64,000 bases of DNA from Eledone cirrhosa (Eukaryota). Location of the stretch: NCBI GenBank assembly GCA_964016885.1, contig OZ024740.1, positions 261,454,001 to 261,518,000 on the forward strand, read 5' to 3'. Below the pieces are notes generated by a model. It had not been told where the DNA came from. It worked only from the letters and a program-made list of their open reading frames with translations, and did not search any database. Of this stretch, positions 52,158 to 64,000 are shown piece after piece (positions within the stretch are counted from its first letter, which is position 1; each line of letters starts with the position of its first letter). The position numbers were made by a program, and so were the translations under genes.

Positions 52158-52830
52158 TCTTCTTCTTCTTCTTCTTCTTCTTCTTCTTCTTCTCCTCCTC
52201 CTCCTTCTTCTTCTTCTTCTTCTTCTTCTTCTTCTTCTCCTTCTCCTCCTCCTCCTTCTTCTTCTTCTTCTTCTTCTTCTCCTCCTCCTTCTTCTTCTTC
52301 TTCTTCTTCTTCTTCTTCTTCTTCTTCTTCTTCTTCTTCTTCGCCTTCTTCTTCTTCTTCTTCTTCTCCCCCCCTTCTTCTTCTTCTTCTTCTTATCCAC
52401 ATCCTCATCATCATTACCACAAACCTTTTATCAGTGTCACAACCACTATCTCAAGCACCACCTTCCCCCTCCTTCTTCTCACCCCCATTCCACCCTTTCC
52501 CCCTCCTCCCCTCCTCCATTTCCTCCTTCTCCTCCTTCTCCCCCATCCTCCTCATACCCCCCCCCCCCCTCCGCCTCCACGCCCCCTCCTCCTCCTCCTC
52601 ACCTTCCCCCTCCACGTCATTCCGCCTCCTCCTCCTCCTCCTTCTCACCTTCCCCCTCCACTCCCTTCCTCCCCCTTCTCCTCCTTCTCACACTCCCCCT
52701 TCTTCCCCTCCTTTCCTCACCTTCCCCCTCCACGCCCTTCCCCCTCCACGCCCTTCCCCCTCCACGCCCTTCCCCCTCCTTCTCCCCCTCCCCCTTCTCC
52801 CCCTCCTTTCCTCCTCTTCCTCCTCTCCCT
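52158..52830. repeat. (TTC/TCC)n and polypyrimidine tract
   Basis: Directly visible; G-rich runs on the minus strand. Confidence 0.95.
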
Positions 52831-52939
52831 ATCGTTGTCATCACCATCACCACTACCATCATTATCCACTTCCCCATTATATTTATCATCATCCATCCTA
52901 ATCTCAATCGTTGTCGACGTCACCGTCCAGTAGGTTCAG

Positions 52940-55755
52940 TAACAGCAGCAGCAACAGCAGCAACGACAGTACCGGTATCAACAATTACAGCAGCAGCAGC
53001 TGCAGCAACATTGTCACCACCAGCAGCAGTATTAGCAGCGACAGGAGCAGTTACAGCAGCAGCGACGGACGTAGCAGAAGTGGCAGGAGCAGCAGTATCA
53101 GCAACAACAGTAACAGCAGCAACAGCAGCAACAGCAGCAGCAGCAGCAGCAGCAGCAATAGCGACAGTAACAGCAACAGCAACGACAGCACCAATATTAG
53201 CAGTGACAGCAGTGGCAGCAGCAACAGTATCATCACCAGCAGCAGTAGCAGCAGTAGCAGCAGCAACAGCAGCAACAGTAGCTGCAACAGTAACAGCAGC
53301 TGTGACGGCAGCAGTGACAACAGCAACAGCAGCAGTGAGAGCAGCAACAGTGACAGCAGCAATAACAACAACAGTAGCATCAGTGACAGTAGCAATGACG
53401 GCAGCAACAACAGCAACAATATCAGCAGCAGTGACAGTAGCAAAACTGTCAACAGCAACAGCAGCAACAGTAGAAGCAACAGCAGCAACATTAAGAGAGG
53501 AAGATATTCATTAGATGATAAAATGAATAAACATCAACAACAATAATAGCAACATTAACAGCAACAACAACAATATCACCATCCTCAACAACGATAACAA
53601 TAGTAACACCAACAACAGCAGCAGAAACAATAGCAACAACAACAACACCAATAGCAACAATAACAACACCAATAACAACACCAAAAGCAACAATAACAAC
53701 AATAACAACACCAATAGCAACAATAGCAACAATAACAACACCAAAAGCAACAATAACAACACCAATAACAACAATAAGAACACCAATAACAAGAATAACA
53801 ACACCAATAGCAACAATAACAACACCAAAAGCAACAATAACAACAATAACAACACCAATAGCAACAATAACAACAATAACAACAATAACAACAATAACAA
53901 CACCAAAAGCAACAATAACAACAATTACAACACCAATAGCAACAATAACAACAATAACAACAATAACTACACCAATAAGAACAACACCAATAGCAACAAT
54001 AGCAACAATAACAACATCAATAGCAACAATAACAACACCAATAACAACAATAACAACCACAAAAGCAACAATAACAACAAAGCAACAATAACAACAATAA
54101 CAACCACAAAAGCAACAATATCAACAAAGCAACAATAACAACACCAATAACAACAATAGCAATAATAAAAACACCAAAAGCAACAATAGCAACAATAACA
54201 ACACCAATGGCAAAAAATAACAACAATAACAACACCAAAAGCAACAATAGCAACAATAACAACACCAAAAGCAACAATAGAAAACAATAACAACACCAAA
54301 AACAACAATAGCAACAATAACAACACAAAGAGCAACAATAACAACAATAACAACACCAAAAACAACAATAGCAACAATAACAACACAAAGAGCAACAATA
54401 ACAACAATAACAACACCAAAAGCAACAATAACAACGATAACAACACCAATGGCAACAATAACAACAATAACAACACCAAAAGCAACAATAACAACAATAA
54501 CAACACCAATAGCAACAATAACAACAATAACAACACCAAAAGCAAATATAGCAACAATAACAACACCAATGGCAACAATAACAACAATAACAACACCAAA
54601 AGCAACAATAACAACAATAACAACACCAAAAGCAACAATAACAACAATAACAACACCAAAAGCAACAATAGCAACAATAACAACAACAAAAGCAACAATA
54701 GAAAACAATAACAACACAAAAAAACAACAATAGCAACAATAACAACACAAAGAGCAACAATAACAACAATAACAACACCGAAAGCAACAATAACAACAAT
54801 AACAACACCAATAGCAACAATAACAACACCAATAGCAACAAAAACAACACCAATAGCAACAACAACACCAATAGCAACAATAACAACAATAACAACTATA
54901 ACAACACCAAAAGCAACAATAACAACAATAACAACACCAATAGCAACAATGACAGCACCAATAGCAACAATAACAACACCAATAACAACAATAACAACAC
55001 CAATAACAACAATAACAACACCAATAGCAACAACAACAACACCAATAGCAACAATAACAACAATAACAACACCAAAAGCAACAATAACAACAATAACAAC
55101 ACCAATAGCAACAATAACAACACCAATAGCAACAATAACAACAATAACAACACCAATAACAACAATAACAACACCAATAACAACAATAACAACAATAACA
55201 ACACCATAGCAACAATAACAACAATAACAGCACCAATAGCAACAATAACAACAATAACAACAATAACAACAATAACAACAATAACAACACCAATAGCAAC
55301 AATAACAACATTAACAACAATAACAACAATAACAACAATAACAACAATAACAACAATAACAACACCAATAGCAACAACAGCACCAATAACAACACCAATA
55401 GTAACAATAACAACAATAATAACAATAACAACAATAACAACAATAACAACACCAATAACAACAATAACAACAATAACAACACCAATAGCAACAATAACAA
55501 CAATAACAACAATAACAACACCAATAGCAACAATAAAAACAATAACAACAATAACAACAATAACAACACCAATAACAACAATAACAACACCAATAGCAAC
55601 AATAACAACAATAACAACACTAACAGCAATAACAACACCAATAGCAACAATAACACCAATAGCAACGATAACAACAATAACACCAATAACAACAATAACA
55701 ACACCAATAGCAACAATAACAACAATAACAACACCAATAGCAACAATAACAAAAC
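52940..55755. repeat. Degenerate (CAG/CAA)n followed by a 9-bp-based ACAATAACA/ACACCAATA/GCAACAATA minisatellite
   Basis: Directly visible, about 2.8 kb. Confidence 0.95.
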
Positions 55756-55764
55756 AGAACAGTT

Positions 55765-56260
55765 ATGGTGACGTTGCTGTTGCTGCTGCTGATGATGGAG
55801 ATAGTGATGATGTTGCTGTGGGTGGTGGTGGTGGTGATGATGAGGGAAATGCTGGTCACGATGATGATGTTGATTATGGTCATACTGATGTTGCTACTGT
55901 TGCTGCCGTTGATGAAGATGTTGGTGATAGTGATGATGTTGATTATGTTGTTGTTGCTGTTGATGGTGGTGCCATTGTTGCTGATGTTGATTATGGTGAT
56001 GTTGCTGCTGCTGTTGCTGTTGATGATGCTGTTGGAGATAGTGATGATGTTGATTATGGTGATGCTGCTGTTGTTGGTGGTGCTGTTGCTGATGATGATG
56101 TTGGTGATAGTAATGACGATGGTAATGATGATGATTAGAATGATGATGCTTTTGGTGCTGCTGCTGCTGATGATGTTAATGGTGATGCTATTAATGATAA
56201 TAATGTTGTTGTTGGTGGTGGTGGTGATAATTCTGCTATTGTTACTGCTTCTGATGATGG
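55765..56260. repeat. Degenerate (GAT/GTT/GCT)n block of opposite strand polarity
   Basis: Directly visible. Confidence 0.9.
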
Positions 56261-56579
56261 GGACGAGAAGATCTCGGAATGCTAAGCAGTACAATGAAGA
56301 CTTAATGATCCCTTACAGAATTCTTAGTTAATATCTGTTTCAGAACTGAAATGAGATTCGTTAGAAAATGAAAATATATTACAAAATATACTAGCTACAT
56401 ATATATGCATATATATCTACATATATAGCAGCGCTATACAACGTTTTGTTCTCTACATATAGGAGAAAAATTATAAAAGGGTATGGATATTCCGACAGAC
56501 ACTAAGTACCTACAGAAATATGCATGGTGTTTATAATAGTTGTGGTTCGATGGTACTAATTTGAGATAGCAGAATTATA

Positions 56580-57002
56580 AAAATGAGCGGAACAAGTAAT
56601 CATCAAACAATTTTTTAAATAAATTAGAAAACGATTTAAATATTCACCTGTTCTATTGCCGTTACCGACGGTTTCACTAATCAAAAGATTGGCTATTTTT
56701 AGCGGCATGATCAACAAGTTTATAATAACCACTTTTATTCATGGCCTATTTTTGTGTGTAAATCACTTTAACGGCTTGACCGCATGCAACGGGCAGGAAG
56801 CGAAATATTAACTTACTGTGAGGCTTTATACCCTTATAGTATGGAAATAGCTGTCTGAAGATCTAATTCTTTCCATTGGAAATTCTCGGAATTTCCAATC
56901 TTTTGATTAGTGAAACCGTCGGTAACGGCAATAGAACAGGTGAATATTTAAATCGTTTTTTAATTTATTTAAAAGATTGTTTGATGATAACTTGTTCCGC
57001 TC

Positions 57003-57006
<4 letters not shown>
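56580..57006. repeat. Inverted repeat with ~110-bp arms (pLTR-like)
   Basis: 56580-56692 is inverted to 56896-57006. Confidence 0.85.
56850..56929 (+). ncRNA. Type-I hammerhead ribozyme with canonical core and long stem II
   Basis: GCTGT-CTGAAGA-TCTAAT..ATTGGAAATT-CTCGG-AATTTCCAAT..ATTAGT-GAAACCGTCGGTA-ACGGC. Confidence 0.75.
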
Positions 57007-57036
<30 letters not shown>

Positions 57037-57041
57037 CGCTC

Positions 57042-57085
<44 letters not shown>

Positions 57086-57438
57086 GCAAAAAATGAAATT
57101 TCATTTCTCACTCTTAGTACGGCTGTTACTTAAATATAAGTATGTACACGTACATACATATATGTATACAGACGTACAGTAGTATGTATATAGATACATA
57201 CATGCACACATATATATACACGTATGGGTTTACCGAACATTTATTATAATGCTCGGTTTGTTTGTAAACAAACAGCCCGAATTATTAACCGTACAGTATT
57301 CGGCAACCATCGTTGCCCTCTTGTTCAACACTGACTAAGGAAAGATGAACTAGTTTCTAGCTTATTAGTTGTCATCAAAATCGTATACCTTCCTGTATCT
57401 CTCTCTCCCCCTCCTCTCTCTCTCTCTCTCTCTCCCCC

Positions 57439-57473
<35 letters not shown>

Positions 57474-57868
57474 AGTATTAAGGATACTATTTATGGTTAT
57501 GTATGTAATAAAACCTTTTATGGTTATATATTTTTTATACAAACCCTAAATAGTGAAAGATAGTCATTAATTACTATTTTATTACCAGTAAGATAAATAG
57601 CTCAATGTAATAACATCGCTTGTTTTACAGAGCAGTTATATAGAGATTACAATAATCAAAGTTCAGTTTAAATCATTTATTTGCTTACAATTGTTTCCTC
57701 CAAACCGAGGTTTAGATTCTTCGGAGCAACTATTTAGTGATTTATAACATACTTGACCTCCTTTTCAACACAAGAGACATATAAAAACATATGCACATAT
57801 TGACCCACAGTGGGATGACATCCATCAAAGTGATATAGCATGGCAATTTACATATAAAGGTTAAAGGA

Positions 57869-58078
57869 TAAAAATAAAAATAAAAATAAAAATAAAAATA
57901 AAAATAAAAATAAAAATAAAAATAAAAATAAAAATAAAAATAAAAATAAAAATAAAAATAAAAATAAAAATAAAAATAAAAATAAAAATAAAAATAAAAA
58001 TAAAAATAAAAATAAAAATAAAAGTAAAAGTAAAAGTAAAAATAAAAATAAAAATAAAAATAAAAATAAAAATAAAAA
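57869..58078. repeat. (TAAAAA)n hexamer repeat
   Basis: About 35 units; the twin arm has only about 6. Confidence 0.97.
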
Positions 58079-60535
58079 TGAAGCATTGGCAGTTTATGAA
58101 GATAAAGCAAGAGGAAAGTTTAGAGTAGTCAGTGTATGAAACAATCTCACGTGTAGCATGCCAATCTCACGTGTAGCATGTGTCTTATTTATACAGGATT
58201 AGAGTGCGGCAGATTGTTACTTGCAGGGTCAGGCAGTTGAAGCAGGCAATCGATATTATTATGTGGGCTGAATTGTTAAATCATTTTTTCGCATACACCT
58301 GTATGATATACAATCCCGAATGTAGAGAAACACCAAAATATCAAAATATCAAACATATTATAAAACATATTATAGCGTAGGCAAAACAGTACCACTGTCT
58401 TCCCGCACACCACCACTCACATAATCCATGAGACGCAATATATAGACCCCGGGTCTATCATATAATCCAGGATGTTCAGCATATAACCAAGTTATAAACC
58501 ATATCTTGTCGATTCTTAATTAATAGATCATGTTGTTTAGTTTTGCGTGATGATATTATATTCCGGAAGTGTGTGTGTGACCAAGGGGAGTTAATGCGTA
58601 AAGGGAGGTAACTAGCTGGTTTTCTTAGTTAAATTTATTATCCTAAATTACATTAATGGTGTTTCCAATAAGTGCCTATCATAAGATGTTATAACTAATT
58701 TCTAGATTATGTTACTTATCTATAGGTTACAGTGTAGTCTATTAAGAAGTACTAAAGGTGTATATATCAGGATGATTACCTTCTATTAAGGGGTGTCATA
58801 TCTGAACATTCTATAAGAAGAGTCAGACCCTCAAATCAATGTTCTTTGTAAGTGTATTCCACCCGCAAGGCCTGGCATGGTCCTATTATTATATCTGACT
58901 CCCGGTAAGCTCTGGGTCATGTATGTCTGAAACCTTGGCAAATTTGAATATCTCCAGGGTGGTCCGGAGATCAATTCTCTCATATAAAGACACTAGTCTG
59001 GCCATCAAGCAATAGATAAACTCCCATCTCACATATAAATTAAATTAGGTATCTTATCTACAAATTAGAGTGGAGTCTATTGATAAGTACTAAAGGAGTT
59101 CATATCATGATGATTACAATCTAATATGGAGTGCCACACCTGGCCAATCTATAAGAGTCAGACTTCAAAATTAATTATATGGGTCTCACTACTAATAAGG
59201 GTCTTATTACTAATAAGGGTCTTATTATCATACAAGACTCCCGGCAAGTTTCGGGTCATTGTATTACTGCATCCCTGGTAAATTCAAATATCACCAGGGT
59301 GGTCCGGGGACCAGTTCTCTAATCAAAAGATACTAATCAGGTCATCAAGCAACACAGAAACTCCTAACTCATGTATCACCTGTGCATAATTCATTGTACT
59401 CATCGTATAGAATATATAGTCGCATAATAATAAGATTACTTACTTAATCATCAATCTATCTCATGGTGGCACTCCATGCACAAGATTATGTTAGCACAAC
59501 CAATACCGCGTCTACAGTTTATATTAATCATATATTTGTGCAATGCAGTTTAAGTAATCCACGGCCGAGATATCAGAATTAGAAGTACATGGGGGTATCC
59601 GCAGGGTAGATGGTACTATAATGTTGCCACTATTAGCTTTAGAGTATATAAATGGGTGTGGAGATGAGGTGTAAGGTGTGCTACTGATGCTAATTGCTAG
59701 GGGTGGTGACGGTTCCTTACACCTCATCTCCACATCCATTTATATACTCTAAAGCTAATAGTGGCAACATTATAGTACTTATTTGAAACACCATTAATGT
59801 AATTTAGGATAATAAATTTAACTAAGAAAACCAGCTAGTTACCTCCCCTTACGCATTAACTCCCCTTGGTCACACACACACTTCCGGAATATAATATCAT
59901 CACACAAAACTAAACAACATGATCTATTAATTAAGAATCGACAAGATATGGTTTATAACTTGGTTATATGCTGAACCATCGTAGATTGTATGATAGACCC
60001 GGGGTCTATATATTGCGTCTCATGGATTATGTGAGTGGTGGTGTGCGGGAAGACAGTGGTACTGTTTTGCCTACGCTATAATATGTTTTATAATATGTTT
60101 GATATTTTTTGATATTTTGGTGTTTCTCTACATTCGGGATTGTATATCATACAGGTGTATGCGAAAAAATGATTTAACAATTCAGCCCACGTAATAATAT
60201 CGATTGCCTGCTTCAACTGCCTGACCCTACAAGTAACAATCTGCCGCACTCTAATCCTGTATAAATAAGAGACGCGTGCATGCTACACGTGAGATTGTTT
60301 CATACACTGACTACTCTAAACTTTCCTCTTGCTTTATCTTCATAAACTGCCAATGCTTCATTTTTATTTTTATTTTTATTTTTATTTTTATTTTTATCCT
60401 TTAACCTTTATATGTAAATTGCCATGCTATATCACTTTGATGGATGTCATCCCACTGTGGGTCAATATGTGCATATGTTTTTATATGTCTCTTGTGTTGA
60501 AAAGGAGGTCAAGTATGTTATAAATCACTAAATAG

Positions 60536-60584
60536 TTGCTCCGAAGAATCTAAACCTCGGTTTGGAGGAAACAATTGTAAGCAA
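60536..60584 (+). ncRNA. Minimal type-I hammerhead ribozyme (CCGAAGA core); antisense twin at 57681-57729
   Basis: TTGCT-CCGAAGA-ATCTAAAC-CTCG-GTTTGGAG-GAAACAATTGTA-AGCAA. Confidence 0.68.
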
Positions 60585-60624
60585 ATAAATGATTTAAACT
60601 GAACTTTGATTATTGTAATCTCTC

Positions 60625-60781
<157 letters not shown>

Positions 60782-60819
60782 ATAATTGTTTCTACTTTAG
60801 GCACAAGGCCAGCAATTCG

Positions 60820-61110
60820 GTTTCCTAAATAGAATATTAGTCTTATGACTCCATTTATACCATAAACGTGATTTTGTCTTTGCGTGTAATGGTTCTCACC
60901 GCCCCCACATAACGACGCATTATATTTGCTTTTTCTCGTTCATTGCCAGGGAACGTCTTCACGAACCAAAGTATTGTCTTCCTGTTTTCTTCGGCTGCAA
61001 AGTTTTTCGACATATTTACTTCTGCGTTTGATTTTTTTTTAGTTTCAGAAGATCCCGTTAAGGGTGAAAGCAGCGATTCTTTGTTTAAACTTTTATCTGT
61101 TATTTTATAA
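60820..61110 (+). repeat. CAGAAGA pLTR-like family copy
   Basis: Homologous to 17720-18000. Confidence 0.8.
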
Positions 61111-61763
61111 ATTTATAATTTTTAAATTTATAATTTAATTTATAATAAATTGGAGTGAAAGCAACTGGTGCGTGTGTTTCTTATTGGCAACATGACCCTC
61201 CCAAAGTATAACAATATCGGTTTCAACACACGTTTTCAGATAAAGAATCTTGCTAAACAAATTCAGAAACGAAATATATATATATATAGTTATACTTGAG
61301 GAGGGTCATATTGTTGTAATAATATTGCCAGAAATAATAACAGAATACACTCACTGTTTGGTTGGTTTTCGCTTCTGTATCTTTCATATCTCCATAGTTA
61401 ATTTATTTGGCAATCACCGTTTATCATTGATTGACCAACGGTTAAAAATACATATATAAATATATATATATATAGTTTATCAAAGTTCTTTCGTTGCACA
61501 TCTGCAACATCATCAGTGGTACTATTATGTTTCCTCCTGCTGTATTGTATGTCTACGCCATTTTTATTTTATTTTATTTATTCACAAAAATATCATCATA
61601 AATAAATTATTTAAGTGTATTAAATATATTTTATATATTAATATATATATACATAATACACATGGGTGTATATCTACATACATGTACGCACACACATTCA
61701 CACACTCTCACACATACACTCACACATGGACATTGATATATAAATTTACGATATTTAAATATA

Positions 61764-61868
<105 letters not shown>

Positions 61869-62074
61869 CATTTCTGAAGGACAGCATGTATATGTGAAGG
61901 TATGTATATTTCCTCTGATAGTTTGTAATATTTTTACATAGATCTATATAATATACATACCAACACACATATACATCCTAGAAACGATCGTAAAATGATG
62001 AATTTTTTAATATAGGAAACTTGTTCTTTGTTTTTATTTCATTGTTTTTATTAATTTATATATATATATATAAC

Positions 62075-63960
62075 GCAAGGACAAAAAAAACGGGAGGTGT
62101 TCAGATTTGCGAGACTATGTGTCAAGGAAAATTGGGATATTGTTGGGGAGAAGTGTGTCCGTAATGACGATGGTATACTTGCCCTCACTGATAAGAAGGT
62201 AGCTTGAATTGTCACTACAAGAGACTACTAAATGAGGAGAATGAATGGAATAAAGTTAGTCTGCCCCAAATTGACCCAACAGAAGGATTAGCTGTGTGAG
62301 TTAATGGTAGTGTAGTAAGTAAGTCAATCAAAGATATAAAGACAGGCAAGGCAGTTGGACCTTCGGAAATAGTTGCTGAAATGTTGAAAGCATCTGGAAT
62401 GGTGGGACGTAATATGGTCACCCGGATAGTAAACCAAGTAATACAGAATGGGGTCATACCAAGTGACTGGCGTAGCAGCAGCATCCTCAACTGTTACAAG
62501 GGCAAAGGAGACCCTTGATAGAGGAAACTATAGTGGCATTAAGTTAGTTGACCAGGTCACATAAAGAGTTATAACTCATCTGATTAGAAACCGAATTGAT
62601 TTAGATGAAATGCAGTTTGGGTTTGTGCCAGGTAAAAGTACAACGGATGCTCTCTTCCTTGTACGGCAACTACAGATGTACCTATCTAAAATTAAACCCC
62701 TCTACTTAGCTTTGTTGACTTGGAGAAAGCCTTTGACGGAGTCCACCGCTCCTTAATCTTGGTAGAAAGCTAAGAGTAGATGAGTGGCTTGTGAGAGCTA
62801 TACAAGCCATGTATAGAGGGACAGTCAGCAAGGTTAGAATTAACAATGACTATAGTGAAGAATTTAGCGTAAAAGTAGGTGTTCACCAAGGCTCCGTCCT
62901 TAGACCCCCTCCTGTTTATTATTGTCCTACAGGCTATAACAGAAGTGTTTAAGACTGACTGCCCATGGGAGCTTCTATATTCCATTGATCTAACTCTCAT
63001 AGCTGAATCTATGGCTGAACTAGAGAAGAAATTCCAAACATGGACGCATAGCATAGAATCAAAAGGCCTTAAAGTTAACTTGTCTAAGACTAAAGTTCTA
63101 GTATTTGGAAAGAAGAATAGGGCACAGGTGTCCCCCTGGCAAATGGCCATGCTCAGTGTGTAAAAAGGGAGTAGGTAGAAATTTCATTTATGCCCCAAAT
63201 GCAAACTATGGGTACATGAAAGATGTAGTGGGATCACAGATAAGCTATCTAAGAACGTAGTTTTATATGTGGCCGATGTTCAGGTACAGTAAGTTGCAAG
63301 TGCCCACAGGATACTAGCGCCGTCAACAGTCCAGATAGTTCTATAGAAATAGTAGACACTTTCTGTTACCTGGGTGATAAAATCAGCAGTGGAGGAGGGT
63401 GTTCTGAAAGTACAGCATCCAAAGATAGAATGGGATGGAAAAGTTCAGAGAGCTAATACCACCGTTGGCCACAAAGTGTTTTTCTCTAAAAGTGAAAGTC
63501 AGATTGTATGATGCTTGTATACGAACAGCGATATTACATGGTAGTGAGACCTGGGCGTTGTGTGTTGAAGACTTGCGTAGATTAGAAAGAAATGAAGCTT
63601 GCATGCTCCGATGGATGTGAAATAGTAATGTGCGTGAAAGGCGATGCATGAACGAATTAAGAGGGAGACTAAGCATAAGAGGTGTCAAATGTTGTGCATG
63701 AGAGGAGATTGCGTTGGTATGGACATGTGATGTGTATGAAGGATGACAGCTGTATAAAAAAGTGCAGGGCAATGAAAATTGATGGAAGCTACGGAATGGG
63801 TAGACCAAGAAAAACCTGGGACGAGGTGATAAAAACTGACTTTGCTCACTTACACCTCTCTAAGACAATGTCACTGGATCGAGATCTTTGGCGCCATACA
63901 GTTGTACAGAAGACCCGCCTTCCCTTGCATACAAACCTACAGTCAGTAGGCACCTCTTAA
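62075..63960 (+). mobile_element. Decayed RTE-clade LINE (RT)
   Basis: KTGKAVGPSEIVAEMLK, QFGFVPGKSTTDA, DLEKAFD, GVHQGSVL, ILHGSETW, RRLRWYGHV, GRPRKTW; Cys-rich insert; many lesions. Confidence 0.92.
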
Positions 63961-64000
63961 CTCAATATACACCCCACAAACCCTACACCATACCCCCCAT

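Larger units (their letters stand above)
57642..60623. mobile_element. ORF-less fold-back element with ~0.85-1.0 kb inverted arms (PLE pLTR-derived)
   Basis: 57642-58673 is inverted to 59778-60623; terminal hammerhead motifs; the identical spurious ORFs 57742-58110(-) and 60329-60523(+) confirm the inversion. Confidence 0.88.

Noticed and set aside
52057-56331. Long ORFs of 485, 543 and 188 aa (poly-Leu, Pro, Ala/Thr, Met/Leu)
   Set aside because: Triplet repeats are open in several frames on both strands, with no unique domain or splice support.

Overview
Eukaryotic, AT-rich and almost entirely repeat-derived DNA. The repeat repertoire suggests a coleoid cephalopod such as Octopus (inference): tRNA-head SINEs, RTE, CR1-group and R4/Dong LINEs, Penelope-like elements (PLEs), Helitrons and very dense microsatellites. 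The main elements are a near-intact R4/Dong-like LINE (RT plus restriction-like endonuclease, one frameshift, (AAT)n tail) at ~23.8-27.8 kb, three decayed Naiad-type PLEs (one nearly full length between direct pLTRs at 47.2-51.4 kb), a decayed autonomous Helitron and three non-autonomous ones, a mariner MITE, and about 12 copies of one SINE. Only one plausible host coding segment is visible: a probable terminal exon at 6692-7344 with a TM helix and PTPGL repeats. There is also a candidate promoter/first exon at ~36.3-36.8 kb. The most notable hidden layer is a set of type-I hammerhead-ribozyme motifs from several PLE-type families. They sit in palindromes and kb-scale ORF-less fold-back elements, mostly bounded by (TA)n. 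All structures were read by eye, and boundaries are approximate unless junction bases are quoted.
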